A stretch of DNA of 12,732 bases. Source: Candidatus Omnitrophota bacterium. GTDB lineage: Bacteria; Ratteibacteria; UBA8468; MWAK01. Below, one piece after another: positions 9,973 to 12,732 of the stretch. The stretch spans positions 1 through 12,732 of the forward strand of contig JAZDPL010000024.1 in assembly GCA_043797665.1 (NCBI GenBank). Reading direction: 5' to 3'. Positions within the stretch are counted from its first letter, which is position 1. The number at the start of each line of letters is the position of its first letter. Below the pieces are notes generated by a model. That model did not search any database. It was not told the DNA's origin and was given only the letters and a program-made list of their open reading frames with translations. The translations under genes and the position numbers were made by a program.

Positions 9973-10767
9973 TCATTTAGGTTTTCCCCGACCCCCTTTT
10001 CGATTCCAATTACCACCTGTTTCTATGTAACGTTCGCACCAGTGCCGTACTTCTTTAGCTCTATCGGTTAAACCGTTCCGCACAAATTCAGGACCAATTA
10101 CTATTACTTCAACATTGTATGCTTCTTTTCGTATAGTCGGCTGAGAGGATTTAACTGCCCTTTCTATAAGCTGAGCACTCCTTTCGGGAGAGATACGCTT
10201 ATGTTGTTCACGTATTGCATCCAGAATTCCTAATCAAACCCAAATGGAATTGTTATGTTCAAACTCATCAAAAATTGCAGTTGGATTCTCTGATAACCCC
10301 ACGAGCCAACGTACTGCATGCCGAGGCAAACTTTCAGGAAAATTCCTATAATCACTCAGAAGTGAATCAACCTTTAACCATTCGTTCAGTTCCGCAGTAG
10401 GACGAAGGAAATCTCCATCAATATCATCCGGTTTAATCTCTGGCGGTGGAATAACCATCCGTGGTAAATCTTTCAGTTTGCCTTCAAGGATAATACGACA
10501 GAATCTTTCTTTCCATTCAGGTTCAGACACAGGTACTTCCATAATGGTATCAAATACTTTATCTACTTTTCCCCTGATGAATCGTTTTGTACCCAAAAAC
10601 ATCCATACAAAGAGGTCATAGAAACCAGCCATATTTCTCAATGTTTTCAACGACCTCTGAATATCATCTACAGCCTGTTCCCAGGGTTCATTATGCAGAC
10701 TCTCTAGAACTTGTTGGAATCCCCAAACAAAATTGTAGGAAGTCTCATATATAGTCTTCTTTGACAC
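9973..10767 (-). pseudogene. Hypothetical protein of about 264 aa interrupted by an in-frame TGA at 10234-10236
   Basis: GTG start with AGGAGG RBS. After the TGA the same frame stays open for 86 more codons (LGILDAIREQHKR...GGRGKPK) to TGA 9973-9975, filling the gap to the SWIM gene. Confidence 0.7.
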
Positions 10768-10819
10768 TTACCTCCTGCTTATTTCCCCCAATACTTAAAA
10801 TAACCACCACAATGATGGC

Positions 10820-11188
10820 TTACAATTCATACCCTCGTTTGACCCAATAATGCCAATCTTCAATAGATTCACGCGTTTTATTTCTTACGTTGATTCCATC
10901 AAGTTGTGCTAAAGGTACCGCGATAATACTTTTTTGCCAACGAATATTAACAAACATCTCATGTTGACATTCTTCTTCCGGAGCCATCCCTATTACTTCT
11001 ACTATATCTCCGCTTCTAATAGGAGATATTGACCTTTTCATAATACACTTTGCGGTAAATGGAAAACGTAACTTATCTTCAAGGTAATAATACCATCCCA
11101 TTGCCTGTTCTTCCTCGTTATAACAGTCAACGATTATCTCATTCGTTATACGATTTTCACGTGCTTTATTTTCTTTGATGGTAACCAT
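10820..11188 (-). CDS. CcbP-like 'calcium-binding' family protein
   Basis: RITNEIIVDCYNEEEQAMGWYYYLEDKLRFPFTAKC...AVPLAQL...IEDWHYW. Confidence 0.75.
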   Translation of the reverse strand: MVTIKENKARENRITNEIIVDCYNEEEQAMGWYYYLEDKLRFPFTAKCIMKRSISPIRSGDIVEVIGMAPEEECQHEMFVNIRWQKSIIAVPLAQLDGINVRNKTRESIEDWHYWVKRGYEL

Positions 11189-11242
11189 ACATTGCCCTTA
11201 TTTACAACCATATTGCAGATTCCTATTTGAGCCCATATTCTT

Positions 11243-11887
11243 TTAGTATGCTTCATATACCTCGCATGCCAATGAAAGAAAATCTCCTGTTTTTTCTTCA
11301 GATATGTATCCATCTTTTGAAAATTCATACAATTGTGTATTGATATCAATAGTTCTACTTATTATTTCGTCTATTTGTTTATCGTCGTATCTACCCCAAC
11401 CTGCTCCTTGGCCATTATGAAAGGTTATCTGAAAATATTCCGGAGAATCTTCATAAATCATAAGGTCAGGTGGATTGCCTCTAAAACGGGAATTACCTAA
11501 AATCTCAAATATTACCAGAGGATTATTCTCTTTTGATAAACCCATAAAAAATTCACTTTCAAGCATCCAACTATTTATTGAACAACTTAACTTCCCTCTA
11601 AAAAATGCCTTTCTCCCATCAAAAAGCATAAATGTTAAAGACCTTGTTAGTTCATAACTGAGTTCAAGGTCGGTTTCAGGATTTTCTTTTGGTGCGTAGT
11701 TATAATTGGTATTTTTTAGTTTAATCTGTATAATTGGCCAAAATCTGTTTATTAGAATTTCATCAAGATAATGCTTTTTCTGTGGATCTTCAAGAATTAT
11801 TATATCTTTGGTTTTATCTACTTTCCTACATCCTTGAATAATCCAATCTTTTGCCATGACTATCTCTTTTTTGGGTTGAATTTTCAA
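11243..11887 (-). CDS. Hypothetical protein
   Basis: 214-aa ORF in AT-rich DNA. TTG start overlaps the upstream stop (TTGA) and has an AAGGAGG RBS. Confidence 0.75.
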   Translation of the reverse strand: MKIQPKKEIVMAKDWIIQGCRKVDKTKDIIILEDPQKKHYLDEILINRFWPIIQIKLKNTNYNYAPKENPETDLELSYELTRSLTFMLFDGRKAFFRGKLSCSINSWMLESEFFMGLSKENNPLVIFEILGNSRFRGNPPDLMIYEDSPEYFQITFHNGQGAGWGRYDDKQIDEIISRTIDINTQLYEFSKDGYISEEKTGDFLSLACEVYEAY

Positions 11888-12183
11888 ATAATTTCCTCCT
11901 TACTTTTGTGAAAGTAAGTTTTAGCTTTTTTAAAACATTTTCCTTTTAATTCTATGAATGTTTTTAGTTGTTTTGCGAAATCTGTGCTCACGGTAATTGC
12001 TTGAAGTTTTGCTTTCTCGGAGCATCTGGGTTTGGATTCAGACCAGGCATGTAATTCTCCGTCCACTGTATTAAAAATGGCTTTCTCTTCTGGAACGAAA
12101 ATTTCTTCAATTGTTATAGCAAAACCATGCGTAGAGTTTAAAACGCTGTCATATACATCCAATTTATATCTTAACGCTTTCAT
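11884..12183 (-). CDS. Hypothetical protein
   Basis: 99-aa ORF; ATG with AGAGG RBS; its stop overlaps the next start. Confidence 0.65.
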   Translation of the reverse strand: MKALRYKLDVYDSVLNSTHGFAITIEEIFVPEEKAIFNTVDGELHAWSESKPRCSEKAKLQAITVSTDFAKQLKTFIELKGKCFKKAKTYFHKSKEEII

Positions 12184-12436
12184 ATATCCTCTCTTCCCCG
12201 CCTTTATCGGGACCGATACGTTGTAACTGCCCCTGCTTTTTAAGTACTCGGATCGCCTTCTCTATGCCCGCAATATTCAGACCGATAGCGTCTGCGATCT
12301 CCTGCGTCGTAATCTTAGAATTGGCCATCATCTCAAGAATTTTCTCCTTACCTTTCTCCTTACTTTTCTCCGCCTTTTCAGGGGTAATCCTGGCCGCCAT
12401 CACCTTCGCTCTTGGATTAATTTTAAGCGTTACCAT
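12164..12436 (-). CDS. Small HTH protein or remnant of the same family as 6182-6618
   Basis: EKxx tetrapeptide-repeat linker, HTH (ITTQEIADAIGLNIAGIEKAIRVLKKQG) and RIGPDKGG. The expected xWEI/V ending is replaced by a tail overlapping the next gene. Confidence 0.6.
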   Translation of the reverse strand: MVTLKINPRAKVMAARITPEKAEKSKEKGKEKILEMMANSKITTQEIADAIGLNIAGIEKAIRVLKKQGQLQRIGPDKGGEERIYESVKI

Positions 12437-12461
12437 ATGCACCCTTCCTCATTATGAACCA

Positions 12462-12470
12462 ATTATACCA
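12462..12470 (-). promoter_or_regulatory. Extended -10 promoter element for the leftward gene cluster
   Basis: Minus strand TGGTATAAT about 25 nt upstream of ATG 12436; no recognisable -35 box. Confidence 0.55.
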
Positions 12471-12542
12471 CATTTCACCCGTTTTTCTCCCTGAATGGAC
12501 ACCTTATGGATACTGGGATTTTATGCAGAGGAATTTCTCTCA

Positions 12543-12572
12543 TTGAGGTTTAGACCGATATTATGATAAAAT
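12543..12572 (+). promoter_or_regulatory. Probable tRNA promoter
   Basis: TTGAGG (12543-12548), 18-bp spacer, TGa-TAAAAT (12567-12572). Confidence 0.5.
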
Positions 12573-12593
12573 ACACTTACCGATTTTAACCAT

Positions 12594-12686
12594 GGAGAGG
12601 TCGCATAGCCTGGTTTAGTGCGGCGGATTGCTAATCCGTTGAGGCGGGTTTTCCTGCCTCCGAGGGTTCAAATCCCTCCCTCTCCG
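12594..12686 (+). tRNA. tRNA-Ser(GCT), CCA not encoded
   Basis: Acceptor stem GGAGAGG/CCTCTCC with G discriminator; anticodon arm GCGGA-TTGCTAA-TCCGT; long variable arm; T arm GAGGG-TTCAAAT-CCCTC. Followed by CAA rather than CCA. Confidence 0.96.
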
Positions 12687-12687
12687 C

Positions 12688-12720
12688 AAATCCCCCTCAC
12701 CCCCTTTTATAAAGGGGGGA
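12688..12720 (+). repeat. C-run/G-run hairpin, REP-like element or terminator after the tRNA
   Basis: AAATCCCCCTCA-CCCCCTTT-TAT-AAAGGGGG-GA. Confidence 0.55.
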
Positions 12721-12732
12721 CTGGATGAGAAA

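Noticed and set aside
10234..10236. Alternative genetic code (TGA = Trp or Gly)
   Set aside because: TGA ends the DUF3034-like, DUF2292 and toxin genes at their expected C-termini.
9160..12183. Integron cassette array or CRISPR-like repeats among the short co-oriented genes
   Set aside because: Spacers are very short or overlapping, and I saw no attC-like palindromes, repeated units or integrase.

Overview
Bacterial window, probably from a diderm (it encodes a predicted outer-membrane beta-barrel), with three parts. (1) 1-5200, minus strand: sulfur and thiamine metabolism. A TPP riboswitch controls a Thi4 thiazole synthase of the Cys-containing ('suicide') type. Behind a perfect sigma70 promoter follows a likely sulfur-starvation operon: DUF2292/YezD small protein, DUF3034-like beta-barrel, O-acetylhomoserine sulfhydrylase, cysK and a radical SAM gene with an atypical CX8CX2C motif, which runs off the window and is missing from the ORF track. 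(2) About 5400-12450: accessory region. It holds a HigBA-like toxin-antitoxin pair, two opposed remnants of the same HTH-tailed protein family, a frameshift-split HEAT/TPR/SEC-C gene, a DUF6429-like gene, a SWIM zinc-finger gene, a gene interrupted by an in-frame TGA, a CcbP-like gene and hypotheticals. (3) tRNA-Ser(GCT) with a downstream G/C-run hairpin. Family assignments come from motif recognition only; no searches were run.
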